DNA from: the human T2T-CHM13v2.0 reference genome, Homo sapiens | Reading direction: 5' to 3' (one strand) | NCBI RefSeq assembly: GCF_009914755.1 | Contig: NC_060926.1 | Length of the DNA: 64,000 nt | Shown here: positions 30,610 through 46,088 of the stretch, piece by piece | Layout: each line of letters begins with the position of its first letter | Numbering within the stretch: position 1 is the first letter of the stretch | Notes under the pieces: model-generated | The model's input: the letters and a program-made list of their open reading frames with translations, nothing else | Told to the model about the DNA's origin: nothing | Database searches by the model: none | Translations under genes and position numbers: made by a program

Positions 30610-30756
30610 TCACCTGACTCACTGTGGGATTCAGCATCTTGTACGAGGCAGGTGCCACTGGTCTCAGTTTCTTTGTCTGTAAAATGAGGCTAAGACCTGC
30701 TTTATACAGTGGTAGTGACAGTTTGCCCAGCACCTCCTAGGACCTCAAAATGTGAC

Positions 30757-31061
30757 TTTTTTTAAAAGACAGAGCCTTACTCTGTCACCCAGGCTGGGCT
30801 GGAGTACAGTGGCGCGGTCATAGCTCACTGCAGCCTCGACCTCCTGGGTTCAAGTGATCCTTCCACCTCAGCCCCGCAAGTGACTAGGACCACAGGTGCA
30901 TGCCACCATGCCTAGCTAATTGTATTATTATTTTTTTTTTTTTGTAGAGACAGGGTCTCACTATGTTGCCAGGTTGGTCTTGAACTCCTGGACTCAAGCT
31001 ATCCTCCTGCCTCAGCCTCCTGAGTAGCTGGGATTACAGGTATGAGCCACCGTGCTCGGCC
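30757..31061 (-). mobile_element. AluJ
   Basis: Antisense Alu with J motifs (catagctcactgcagcctcgacctcc). Confidence 0.9.
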
Positions 31062-31175
31062 TTCATTATTATTTTTAGGACAAAAGTGAAGGTGGAAAGT
31101 TCGGACCAGTGGGCTGTATGTTTCAGAACTTTACACATAGGAAGAGGAAGTATTGTGTATGGAAGAAAGTGAGTG

Positions 31176-31620
31176 TTGCATTATTCAGGGTTCTCAGAGA
31201 AGCAGAACCATATGGAAGAGGAGGTCTGTTAGGGGAATTGGTTCGTGAGATTATGGAGGTCCAGAAGCCTCATGATCTGTCTGCACACTGGAGAACTGGG
31301 AAGACTGGTGGCATCCTTCAGCCCGAGAACCAGGAGCTCTGATGTCCGAGTGCAGGAAGAGACAGATGTTCCAGCTCCAACAGAGAGAGTGAGTTTGCCC
31401 TTCCTCCACCTTTTTGCCCTCTTTGGGTCCTCAGTGGATTGGGTGATGCCCTCTGCATGGGTGAGGCAGATTATCTTTACTCGTTCTACTGATCGAGCTG
31501 TTATCTCTTCCAGGAACACCCTCATAGACACACCCACAAATAATATCTTACCGGCTGTTGGGGCGTTCCTTGGCCCAGTGAAATGCCCAGTCAAACTGAC
31601 ACGTAACATTAACCATAACA
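31176..31620 (-). mobile_element. ERVL solo LTR, MLT2-type
   Basis: cagggttctcagagaagcagaacca...acaccctcatagacacaccca...cccagtcaaactgacacgtaacattaaccata. Confidence 0.85.
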
Positions 31621-32297
31621 GGTGTGGGTAGACAGTCAGGAGAGCAAGACTCTAGTTGGTTCTGTCACACAGCAGAGCTGCGTGGCCTGGGTATACTCCT
31701 CCCATCTGCCTGGGCTGCTGTATCCTGGGCTATAAGGTAGGAGGTTCGATCAGATTACCCTGAGATGTGCTGTGAGAGGTGAGTGTGGCCCCCTCACAGT
31801 TGCAGCTCTTCGAACGGGAGCCTGGAGACTCCAGGCCTATGTCTTGGGAGGTGCACTGCACAGGGTGGCTGCTCTGTAAACCTTGACTGAAGTCGTGGGG
31901 AAAACTGCAGTGTGCTCCAAGAACAAATTGTGAATAGAGACTAGTTAAAATAAACATCACAATGGCGATGGAAAATGTTATTTCACTTTATTAAGTTAAA
32001 AACAAGTTATAAAATAGTAGGTCACATATAAGCTCAGTTTTGTATTTAAAAACCCTCAAAACTGTATATATGCCCAGAAAAAAGACAGGAAAGAAAGATA
32101 CCACAGTATGAATGGTGGTTCCCAATTAGTAGGAGAACTAGGAGCCATCATTGTCTTTGCTTTCCAGAGAATAATAGCGTGGTGTCCTGGAGTCACATGG
32201 CTGCTCTGGCTTGCCAGTGGAGAACAGGCTGAGGCCGGAGGAGGAGGGAGCAGCCAGGAAGCTGGTTACAACCCAGGCGGAGGGCTGGCGTGGGCCT

Positions 32298-32500
32298 CAG
32301 GGGTCTTCAGCCTCAGCACTATTGACATTTTGTGCCGGATAATTATTTGTCCTGTGCATGTCAGGATGTTCAGGAGCATCTCTGGCCTCTACCTACTAGA
32401 TGCCAGTAACATCTCTTCCAGTTGCGGTGACCAAAAATGTCTTCAGGCAATCCAGATCAAATGTCCACTGGGGGGCAGAATCACCTGCTGAGACCCACTG
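32298..32500. mobile_element. MER20 hAT-Charlie element inside an L2-like relic
   Basis: ctcagcactattgacattttg..ggataatt...gcatctctggcctctacctactagatgccagta...ggggggcagaatcacc. Confidence 0.85.
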
Positions 32501-34772
32501 GTTAAAATAGTGTCAGTAGGGGTGGAGAGAAGGGGACAAAAGAGTCTTAGAGCCATTTGAGAGGGAGCTTCTAGAGGACTTGATGGATGGAATTTGGTCA
32601 AGGCAGGAATGAGGGTGGATGTGGGGCATGGGGAATTGGACGGATGATAGTGGCCCACAGGTTGAGAGAGGGGATGGGTTCAGCTTTGGCCATGCTGTTG
32701 TGAGTCTGTGGTTCCCAGGGAGCAGCTGAGTAGGCTGTTGGGTGAGTGGTTCTCAAGCTCAGAGCTGAGCTGGGGGCATCCATTTGAAGGTTATGGGAAG
32801 ATGGAAAGCACGCCCTGGAGGTGGGTGGGTGAGCTCACCCAGGACCACGGTGTGGCCTGAGAAGTCGGCCTGCGATAGAACCCGGGGAATCCCAGTGTTT
32901 CCAGGGTGGGCAGAGGAAGAGGAGGCTGGGAAGGGAATTTGTTTCTCTGGCCAGAGCTGTTGCTCAGCGACTGTTGGCTGGTGAGGATGAGGCTCATGAA
33001 CAGATGTGGAAACATCGTGGGATGATCTCATGGTGGGTGGGACTTGTCGCCGTCATGCACTCAGCACTCTCTGGCCTTTATTGGTCAAGCTGCCTGCTGT
33101 GTTTCTGGTGCCCAAATGTTCTGGGCACACTGTTGTTTGGGGAAGAATCGCAGGGACTCTCCTTCACTCTTAGATAGTGGCAGCGCTTGCCTCGCTGCAT
33201 CTCGTGTTCTCAAAATCAGCACATGCCATCCCACATTCTAGACCATCCAGTTTTGCTTCTCAGGCTCTGAAAAACACTTTTAAGAGCAGGTTAAACTGTT
33301 CTCGGACTTCTTTTTGGATTATTTGCAACGTCTTGAGGGGTCCACGGATTGATAGAGTCAGCAGGGATGGACAGTTTCCCCTTCAGCACCTTTATAGTTG
33401 TAATTTGCCCATGATGGGGTTAGAGACCCACAGTTGCTCAAAAGCAGTTTTTGTTTTTCTTGATAGCTGGATTTGGGTTATCTCTCAGGAAGCGGTTAGC
33501 AGTCTTTAGGGCAACCTAATTGCATTTCTTTGTTTACAAGCACTTAACTTCATCCCTCTCAGGCGCACACCAGCACTGTCTATCACTAATACTGGCAGTT
33601 CTAGGGTGAGGTGGACAGTTGCTCTTAGTCAGAAACTCACTTTGCTGTTTTCCACTAGATTCCCAGATAGAGAAGGACAGTTGTTTCAGGCAAGCTTAAG
33701 ACCCTGTAACATTTCTTGCCCTTTTTGATTTGAACTCCCATCTCCCTAGCTCTGGCTTGTTTTACCCTGCAGTTAAAAGAGAAAATGATCTCTACTGGCT
33801 ATATGGCCTCAGGCCAGGAGAAAAGGTGCTGTTCCTTCCAGCAGAAATTCAAGGGTCCAGGGAGGCTGGCCCAACCCAGGTCAGAAGGATAATCTCAGAA
33901 AAAGAAGGAAGCATGCATTACCCATCTCAGAACTTAGGAACAAGAAAATCCTAAAACTCCAAAGGACCATTTTTCCCCACTGACAGGCCCAGCTTAATTA
34001 GAGACCAGCTAGGAGTTGCATTTCCTGGTTGTTTACTGACTGTTCTCTTCGGTAAACAGCTTCAGCCTGTAATTAAGCTGTCTAATTGGCAATGACTGCA
34101 GGAAAAACCATGAATGGGGCTGGCCTCCCTCTCTAGCCCCTGTGTCTGCTGTCTGTTACCTACCACCATTTTTATTCCCCTGTCTTCTATTAAAAATGTC
34201 GTGGGGGCAAATTCTAAAGAATAGTCTAGGCAGGCAAACCCTTTGAACTTCACTTTGCAAACCTGCCTGAGAGTGAGTCTGAGAGGCAAATTCTTTTTCT
34301 TTCCACTTGAAGAAGTGTCAGAAATTTGGTGGATTGGAAAAGATGGGAGAGAAAAGTCCAGGAGTCCTGACTGCTTTCACTCATTTAGGTGGGCTGGCAA
34401 GCAGTGCTGGCTGCTCCACCTGTTTTCCTGCCTAATAACAGTGTCTTTTATAGTTGTCTGATAACAATGTCTTTTATAATGTCTCATAACTCTGCCTTTT
34501 TGTAATGACCGGCCTAATACCTTTGCCTACAATAGTTCTTTTTTCCTCTGGGAGTTTAACTCAGGTTGTGATTAGAGAGTATTTCCCATAAATCACGCAA
34601 AGCACATGTCCTGCCCACCAGCCAATTACAGAAATGGAGTTGGTCAGACCTACACTTTATCTGAAACAATGCATAATGGGAGTTTTGAACTAAAAAAATT
34701 ACCCTCTAATGTTACAAATATGATTCAGGCAAATAAAACTGCAGATGTATGTGTAAGTCCTCAGTACTGCGA

Positions 34773-34847
34773 TTCTTTCTTTCTCTCTCTCTTTCTCTTT
34801 CTCCTCCCTCCCTCCCTCTCTTCCTTCCTTCCTTTTTTTTTTTTTTT
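34773..34847. repeat. CT-rich low-complexity tract ending in poly(T)
   Basis: ttctttctttctctctctc...ccttcctt(t)n. Confidence 0.85.
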
Positions 34848-36580
34848 AAGTGTCCTGGTTGTGTTAGGGTAATTTGTGATTTAAAAAGAAATGCCTCTCC
34901 TCTCCCCGACCCGATTTTTTTTTTTCTTTTTTGGTAGGATGCCTCCCTTTGCATTCCAAGGCAGCACTTCAAGCAGCACTTTGGTAAATGTCAAAAAGTT
35001 GGAGAGGCTGAGTGGGTTGCGTGGCCCGTCTGTGCCTGTGGGCTCCTCTCCCGCCCACGCGGCTGTGCCTCTCACTCAGAACCCTGCCTCTCTTGTGTTT
35101 GTCCCAAGGCTTTACTTTCCCCCCCACATACGTTCAGTGGCATTATTTGTTACATTTTTAAAAATACATATTTTATTTATTTCACAAACAATGTTACTGG
35201 CATAATGTTACCACACTATAGGATATAATGGTTGAAGAATGATTTCCCATAATCTAATTTCAACACATTACCTGATTCAGTATTCTGTGTCCTCTCCAGC
35301 CTTGCTTTTCTCTGTGCACAGGTATGACCTGATTCCAGTGCTTTTTAAGAATTATTAGCATTTTCTGCATTGCTCCTTGGCCTTCACAGTTATCATTTGA
35401 ACAGTGGCACAAGATTCTCTGAAACTGCTCCTCTGTCTTCATTCCCATTTTGTGAGCATTTAAGCCGTTTACTGTTGATTGTCCATTTCTTCAGGTATCT
35501 TCTTACATCATCTTGCTTCTTTACTCAGCATAAAGCCTCGTAGTAGATTCTCAGGTCCCAGGGGTGCACATGCCTGTGTTTTTACCTTACTTCCCCAGGG
35601 GCCCTCCAGAGGGTGCCCATCCACGGAGTGCGGCGCCTGCTCGACTTGGCCTTCTGGCACTGGGGATTCCTCTCCCAAGTCTTGCTAGCTCGTGGCATGT
35701 GCAATGGGATCTCTTTCCTGAGTGCGCATTTCTTTCCTCACATTTGGGGGCATTCAGTGGGGGAGGATTTACAAAGAAACTTGAGGTGAGGGGCCCTCTG
35801 CACTCAACCTCCTGGGACCTGGGGCTGCACCCACTGGCATTGATTAGAAGAGAGCTTGTGACTGAGGAAAACCTGGCTTAGGGATTTATCTGCAGGGACT
35901 GTCCCCAGTAGGTCTATGAGAGCCCACCACAGCAGCAGCCCTCTGGATGGGGATTTGGGTCTTGGTTTTGCCAGCACTCCCAGTGGACAGTCATGCCTGG
36001 ACTTGTCTTCTCCACCTTCCACTTGTCCTAACAGCTGTCGGGACCATCATCCACCAGGGGCCAGCTGTCCAGAGGCAGACCCACCCTGGAAGGCAGGCCA
36101 GCCTCCGCTCTCCACACCAGCTTGGGGATGAATCAGCGGGTGCTCTGACCACTACTTTCCCAAGGCTACTTTGCTTCAGGAAGTTACAGCAGCCATAGAG
36201 GACTCTGCTTATGTGAGATGTGCAGACATAATTCTTGCTTTTAGAAGGAGGGGGGAAAATAGAGAAGTAGTTATCTCATTGTCTTGGAATAAAATTATTT
36301 TGCTTTGCAAAGATTAGGCAAATCCCAGGTTGCTGAGTCTTGGCAGATTTCTCGTGGCCTAGACTGTGGTGTTTGGGGCCGCCTGTCTGTAATGTGCTGC
36401 CATGACAAGGCACGGTGGTGGTGGGGACCTGGCAAGGTACCGAACGGTGGAGGTGACTGTAGGATTAGCCCCGGCTTTGCAGCAGGTTTTCTTGGGAGGA
36501 GAAAATACACAGTTGGGACAGACTCCAGGGACCAGCTCCTTCCCCCTTTTTTCTATTGCAGAGGGGGAAACTGAGGCTCA

Positions 36581-36985
<405 letters not shown>

Positions 36986-38348
36986 TTAATGTGTTGTCAA
37001 GGAGCAATGATCATCATAATGGCACTGGGGAAATGGAAAAAACTGGAAAACTCTCTTGGTTTGACAGAAAGGGATAGATCTAACTGTTTAGTGTTGCCAA
37101 GTGAGCCCCCAAACATCTCCCCTGGAAAAGTCATTAGGAATTTACCATCTCCATCTGCAGGGGCCAAGTGAGATAACCGTATCTAGTATATCCATCTGAG
37201 CAAAACCCTGTTTCTCTTCCCTTGAATAGGAAGCCAGAAACTGCTGCAGCGCACTGTTGAAACATAGCTTAGAAATAGATACTTTGTGGGGGGAAAACAA
37301 CCTACTTATCTTTCCCATTATGCTATCTCTTAATAGGGCCCCTGGTATCTGAGCCAGCATACACATTTGGTTCTTCTGTGTCCTGTGATCTTCCTCTGAG
37401 TGAAAACTGATTATCTACTCAAAGGAAGCAGATGACAGAGCCCCCGTGATGTGTGCTGCCTTTGCTCTGTGCCTCTGTAGTAAGGGAGGCCTGGAATGAG
37501 CAGAAAGATGGCTCCCCTGGCCACAAAGGGGGGTCAGTCTATTGCAAAGCAGCCTTCACGTTCTGGAAGCAGGGAGCAGTGGGAGCCCGGGAAGGTCAGC
37601 CTTGCAGACTTGTAGATGTCATAGGATTATTTGAGCTGCTTCCGCTGCAGGTGGTTGGGAAGTACTGGATGGAATCCTTGGAGGCGAGATGAGAGGATGG
37701 GAGAAGAAAGTCTGGAAGAACAGTTAGATTTCTTCCTGATTAGATAATACTGAGTGAGAGTGGGAAGAACGGAGCGGAGCCTGTTGCCAGCGCGATCTCT
37801 GTCCCGTTCACTGTCATGTGGCCTCTTCACGGATGTGTGTGTGTCTGCAGGGACTCCTGAGAGCTCTTGTTGATGTTTAGCCCTTGGACCTGCTGGTGCT
37901 TACACATACGTTTCCATGGAGTCTGTACCAAAACCACAGAGGATCGCCCCCGTTTATCTGAGAGTAGCTCATCATCATTCTCTGCTTGGGTGTAAATAGC
38001 TCACTGCAGAATCTTAATCCCCAGAACTGGAGACCAACCATTTTCTCTGCACTTGGAGGGAACCATTCAAACATCCCTGTTGGGCTAGCATGAGGAAAAG
38101 CCAAGTCAGGCGCTTGGCCACCAGGGGATCTTGGCAAGAGAGGCCGTGGGATTTGAGAGTTAGAACTGATATGCAGCACAGTGCACCTTGGTGCCAGAGT
38201 TCTGACCAGTAGTGTTGCGTCCATTGGTCCACTATGATCCATGGATTGGGAACCCCTGTTACTGATGTGTTGACGCTATAGCAATATTATGGTGTGTCAG
38301 CTTCGCTGTCTTTCAAGGATGACTTGCGTAGATTGCATTTAAGTATAG

Positions 38349-38675
<327 letters not shown>

Positions 38676-39474
38676 AAGGTGTAAGAGTTCTAATCTTAGG
38701 CCTTCATTCTGCCATATGACAAACAAAGTAGAATTACAGTTGAAAACTAATTAACTCTACATAAAACAAAAATGAAGAGGTGGGCTCACATACCTATCTC
38801 AAAGTTGCTCTGGAAGATGGATTTAGCCCATTTAAAGGAAGCTAAGGGATAGAATTCATGAGAAGTGAGGTCTCCGGCTTTGTATTTATTAGGGCACTAT
38901 TATTAGATGGCAACAGATAGATCCCAAATTCTCAATGACTAACCAAAGGGATGTTTATTGCCCTTTCACATTAGGTTGGAAAGAGATGCTTCTGCTTAGT
39001 AACGCTCCTTTAGTGACTGGGCTCAGCCATCCAGGGCCACCGTGAAAGAAGAAGAGTTCAGAGAATGGGTCATTGCAGGGGTTTACGCCCCAGGCCTGGC
39101 AGGGGCACACAGCATTGCACATCCCCCTTCCATGGGTCAGCACGCAGTCAGATGACCACCCCTTCCTGCAGAGGGAGGTGGGGAGACAAGGTCGGCCTGA
39201 GTGTCCAGGGGAAGGAGAAAACCGGCACAGAAACAACTAGCCAGTCTCTGCTACCTGTTTCTTGTGTTAAATCAGAATTTATAGGAAGGTGATTTTTTAA
39301 ACAGTTTAGAGAGCTTTTCTAATTTTTGAGCGAGGGTCTTGTCTGAGAATTATAGCTTGAGATAAGGACTTCAGAATCTAACAATTCTTTGCTCCATTGC
39401 TACAATTTCCCCAACCCAGAAGTGGTGAAACCAAGTCTATCAAGCTTCTTGGTTGACATCAAGAAGGTTGTTCT

Positions 39475-39767
39475 GGGCGGGCGCAGTGGTTCACACTTGT
39501 AATCCCAGCACTTTAGGAGTCCCAGATGGGCAGATCATGAGGTCAGAAGTTCGAGACCAGCCTGGCCAACACAGTGAAATCTAGTCTGTACTGAAAATAC
39601 AAAAATTAGCTGGGCGTGGTGGTGGGTGCCTGTAATCTGAGCTCCTCGGGAAGCTGAGGCAGGAGAATCGCTTGAACCTGGGAGGCGGAGGTTGCAGTGA
39701 GATTGCGCCATTGCACTCCAGCCTGGGCAACAGATCTAGACTCTGTCTCCAAAAAAAAAAAAAAAAA
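39475..39767 (+). mobile_element. AluS
   Basis: Full Alu; TSD aaggttgtt. Confidence 0.93.
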
Positions 39768-40334
39768 GGTTGTTTTGTTTGGTAAACAGAAAAGGAGCCA
39801 TCTTAAGATAATGCATCTTTATTTAACAGTTATGAATAGAATCTCTCAAGGTCCAAAATGAATCTTTTGAAAGAACTAGAAATTCTTGCCTGTACCAACC
39901 ATATTAGCAAGACTTGAAATGCAACATTCTAAGATGTGCCTCAGGAATAATTTTATTGACCAAAACCAGACGTCAGCTTGCAGCCTTGTGAAGCCTCCTC
40001 TCCATGTAGGAACGGGGGGCATTTTGGTTAGCTGGGTTAGGCTTGCTGAATTTTAACATGACATGCTTGCTTTTCCTGTGTTGGTGTGTCGCTTCTCTCC
40101 CTTGGGCCCCCGCCCCTAACTTTTCCACCTGATCTCTGACTTCTCCATCTTTCTAACCCCTGAACAACAACTAGAGATAAGTTCAAGGTCACTGCTGGAA
40201 CTGACCTTTGGGTGCTTGGGCCACCCTTAGGCCTTGAGAGGCACAGGCTGAGGCCTTCTGTACAACCTCCTGGCCAGTGTGGAGGGGCCGGGCTCCAAGC
40301 AAGCTTGTCCATATCACAGAAAGTCAAGAGTCTT

Positions 40335-40623
<289 letters not shown>

Positions 40624-40843
40624 TCAAGAGTCTTCACAATGAATGTTGACAGTAATACAAGGTCAGCTTTTTGTTTGCTTTTTAAAGGTTCCAGTCTGGT
40701 CACAACTGCATGCAACTGAGTTTTGTAATTATCATCTTAACAATGTGATCACAGTCTGCCCTGCCATTAAAGTATTTACTTGAGGGTACCCATGTAGCAT
40801 GACTGTCTCAGATCAGATTGAAGCCTTCGAACTTGCTTTATAG

Positions 40844-41167
<324 letters not shown>

Positions 41168-42071
41168 GAGGAATCACATTTTAATAGCCTCACAAAGAAA
41201 TCCTAGTGTTGACAATATAGGTTTTTAGGTCTGGAATGAACTTCCATTCTAGTCTAATTTCATCCTGATTTTACTGTCCAGGCTCTTGGCTGACCAGTGT
41301 GTGGAGACCCTGGTGGCAGCCTAGGGATCCCCTCCAGGTCTCTTCCTTGTCCTTACTGTAGACCATCACACCGCCACTAATTTCCCCCCTCTGGCCAGGT
41401 GAGAGCAGATTGTCACCATTTCAGAGAAATTTGAACCAATCAGAAAGAGAGCTCAGGAGTACTGGGGTGACTGAGATGAGCACATGTGGCTTCTTGAGGA
41501 CCTTCCAACCCCCAAGTTATTCTTAGAAAGCTGCACACAAGCCAGGCAGCTGTAGGCTGGCGTTGAAAAGTTTTTAGCTTTAGCTAATTACATTGTGGGA
41601 GAGACTGACTGGGGGGTGTCCATCCCGTGTGTGCCATGCTGCCTCCATCTCTTTCTCCCTCTCTTCTGAGACCTTCTGGTTATCCCCAGCTACCTGCCCC
41701 TCCACCTCCTGTGCCCTCAGGGTGGGCAGTTTGGGTTTCTTTCCTTTTTCTTTTGTCTGCTGTTGTTTAGGATTGTGAAAGTGCAGCAGTGCACTCTGTC
41801 CCTGCAACAGGCTCTGCGGTGGGCTAGCTCCAGTGTTGCATTCTCCCTTCATCAGTGGAGAAATGCACTCTTGGAACCATGAAGAGTCTGCACATGACAG
41901 CTCTGCACTCACTAACATTCAAGCACCTTGATTCAGAGTTTCACGAGACTAAGGTGAGGTTACCTTTCCCTCTCTGTTGTTCTTCCCGTGGAAAGAGGGT
42001 TTTCTATTCACACTGTACATTCAGCCACAGCTGGAAACCTCATCTTCCTCTTCCAGTTAAGACAGTCATGT

Positions 42072-42377
<306 letters not shown>

Positions 42378-42749
42378 GTCATGTAATTGTGACCTCAGTT
42401 CGCAGGACTTCGGAAGCAGGGACCCCTCCCCTGTACCCCCGCCAAAGCCACCATGGTAGCTCCTCCTAATTGGATCTTGGGGGACTCGGAACAGGGTTTA
42501 GCCTGAGAATGTGACTTGTGAGAACCCCAGATGAGAGTAGTTACACTTTTCTGGAAGGCTTATTTAAAACCCCAGAACATTCTTGCATTGGAATTGAGTT
42601 GCATTGCTCTCTGGGACGGGCAGTGGGCTCTTGGAAGAGGTAAGTGAAGTCACTGAGTGGGACGCTCCTCGGGGGAGGATTTTGTGGGGCAGTGGGAACA
42701 TCAGTCTTTCCTAGGCTCAGGAGTGAGTCTAGAGGCCATGTTTATGCAC

Positions 42750-43228
42750 AGGAAGCATCTGGAAGCTTATTAACACAGATTCCTGGGCCCTGCCCAAGAG
42801 ATTTCAATTCCGTGGGGCCAAGCAGGCCTTGAGACTATGCAGTTTTAATTTATTGTTTTACTTTTATTTAAAGACAGATTCTCACTCTACTGCTCAGGCT
42901 GGGGTGTAGTGGTATGACTGTAGCTCACTGCAACCTCAACCCCCTGGGCATAAGCGATCCTCCCACCCCAGCCTTCCGAATAACTGAGACTACAGGTGCG
43001 CATCTCTACACTCAGCACATTTTCTTATTTTGTAGAGATGGGGTCTTGCTATGTTGCCCAGGCTGGCCTCAGACTCGTGGACTCAAGCAACCTTCCTGCC
43101 TCAGCCTCCCAGAGTGCTAGGAATACAGATGTGAGCCACAGTGGCTGGCCGAGATTGTGCTTTTCTAGCGCCTCCCAGGTGGCTGTGCTGATGCTGCTTG
43201 TCTGGGACCTTGCCCTGAGGAGCACTAC
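42750..43228. mobile_element. MER5-like hAT relic split by an antisense AluJ (42843-43150)
   Basis: acacagattcctgggccc...ctcccaggtggctgtgctgatgctgcttgtctgggacc; Alu TSD gaga(c/t)t(a/g)tgc. Confidence 0.7.
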
Positions 43229-43558
43229 GCTGTAGGTTCTATCACGGTAACGATACTGTAATGTACAGTGCATCAGATGTCACTAATTTAAAGATCTAGG
43301 CTGATGAAAATGAAACCAATTGAAGTACTTCAGCTCCTCCATGCAAGCATGGGCTGGCTTCCCTTATTTTACTGTGGAGTGCCTTTTATACCAGAGTAGT
43401 GGCTTTCTAATGTCTGACTCAGGTTAATTGATGAGATTCCAAGGCAACACAATTCAGTAAATCAAACTGGATGAACATCCTCTGCCATCAGAAAAATATC
43501 TTTATGATTAGATGGTGATCTTTGGATGGAAAATATTAAAATAAGAATTGATTAAACC

Positions 43559-43830
<272 letters not shown>

Positions 43831-44376
43831 TTCTGGGAGTTGGGTTTGTTCATTCATTTGTTTATTCATCTATCCATCTGTCCTTACGTCCTTCCATCCT
43901 TCCACCCACCTAGACATCCATGTCTTCCTCCTCTTCTCCCTCTGCCCACTCACCCATCCATCCATTATATGTTAGTTGAGCATGCTCTGTTTCAGTTCTG
44001 GGCACTGGGGATATGGCAAAGAAGTAAACATAGAAAACATAAAACTCTGCAGTCTCATGCTGTGGCAAGTGGTGCCTTCTGAGGTCCTGAGTGTTCCTGG
44101 AAATTAGCTTGCTCTTTACCCTGCTCTGCTGAAGAAAACCTTGGCAAATAGGGCACAGAAAACTCAATGTCAAAAACGTACCAATTTTCAGAGTAGGAAA
44201 AAGTGTGTTTTTTGCAGATTGCAAATCTGTGAGCTTAGCTTCAAGTAAAACTCTAGAAAGACTTATTAAAGAAATGTCCTATAAAAAGAGCTAGTATGTG
44301 CTCTGAAGACCTGGGTCTGGCAGAGCAGCCTCTGACATGTGTGGCACCATTAGGAGACAGCCAAGATAGAGACCCT

Positions 44377-44662
44377 GGCCAGGCGTGGTGGCTCACGCCT
44401 ATAATCCCAGCACTTTGGGAAGCTGAGGCAGACAGATCACTTGAGGTCAGGAGTTCAAGACTAGCCTGGACAACATGGTGAAACCCGGTCTCTCTTAAAA
44501 ATATAAAAAATTAGCCAGGCATGGTGGCATGCTCCTGTAGTCCCAGCTACTCAGGAGGCTGAGGTGGGACAATCAGTTGAACCCGAGAGGCAGAGGTTGC
44601 AGTGAGTCAAGATCGTGCCAGCCAGTGCGCTCCAGCCAGAGTGACAGAGTGAAACTCCATCT

Positions 44663-44696
<34 letters not shown>
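44377..44696 (+). mobile_element. Alu (S/J)
   Basis: Full Alu, long poly(A). Confidence 0.93.
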
Positions 44697-44699
<3 letters not shown>

Positions 44700-46088
44700 A
44701 CACCCTTGCAGGCAGTGGTCACAGGCCGAGGAACCTGGTGGACAAGGTGGGGAACGACTCAATGGATGATGATAAACAGGAAGTTCTCGTACCACTGAGA
44801 AAACGATCTGCCAGATATCTCCATCAGCAATGTTCTTAACATGTTTTGTTTTTGACATACTCCAGTCCTCATTTTGACAAGCTTAAGGGAAACATATTTG
44901 CAGTGAATGTTGCAGACAAATGGTTATTCCTGATGTTTAAACAGCCCATACAAATAGATTGGAAAAACATGAAGATTCCCATAGGCAAATAGACAAAAAC
45001 CAATTAATCTGAAACGCTCTTATTGAACAAATCAGCAAAGACTAAAAACAGTGATGTCGACGACGTAGACAGATTCAGCCCTCTAGTCATGTTGTGGCTG
45101 TTGGCAGATTAAGCCTGTGTGCTGGTGGGTGGGCTGGGAGTGAGCAACGTTGAGCCCCCCGAAATAATGATGGTGGGAAGGGAAACCTTTTTATAAACTT
45201 GTTTGGAAATGTGAATGTATGAAATGCTGGCTTCCTTTGACTCAGGAATTGTGCTTCTAGGAATCTAAGCTAAAGAGATTTTCATAGTAATTGACAGGTT
45301 GATTTATATTTATACTCGTATCTTGTTCCAGAAAGGATAAAGCGGTCCACGGGGAGGGACAGGCATATAAAGGCAGCAGGGCACCCAGAAGACAGCTTGT
45401 CTTGATGAGAAGGAGAAGGAGCCCTGTTTTACAGCAAGTGTCTTTTGGTATGAAATTCTTAGGGTTTGGGGCACCCCTTTTGTTTTTTGAACGCTCGACT
45501 TTTTTGATGGTTATAATTGAGAAATACAGGATATTGCAAACCCTAGACCATATCGAAGGGGGCAAACTTAATTTCATTTGAAAGACACCTGGAGTGGGCA
45601 GGAGACATGCTGATCAGCTTTCCAGGTGGCAGAGGCAGCTTTTATAGTGACTTCCCTGACTGGTCAACTGGAAGCTTGATTGAATGTCCTGTGTCCCTCT
45701 GGGAGCAGCCCACCTGTCACTCTGTGGCCCTGCAACAGGGCCCTGCTTGTCAGGAGATGGCCATCTTAGTTATCTGACCACTTTCCAGCCTTCAGCCACG
45801 CAGCCCTCAGACCCCCCCTACCCCCCAGGCCACTGTGTCCCTGGAGACCCCTGTCCTCTGCATGCTTCCTACTCCTTAGAGGCCCATCAGCCTCCAAGAG
45901 CCACCCTAAGCAAGTCACCTGTCTGTGGGTGACAGCATTGAGTCCATGTTAAGAGAGCAGCCTCTATCTGTCTGGGGGTGGAGAGCCCATGTGATTCAGG
46001 AGACACCACATCATCATTTCAGAGCCATCACTGAACATCAGGGAAGAGAACTCAAGGGTAGAGTTGAACAGAAACATAAGTGATCCTA

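Noticed and set aside
34851-34868. Possible 18-nt microexon (poly-pyrimidine tract, aag acceptor, gg/gtaatt donor)
   Set aside because: The tract is a simple repeat, the donor is weak, one phase contains TAG, and there is no transcript evidence
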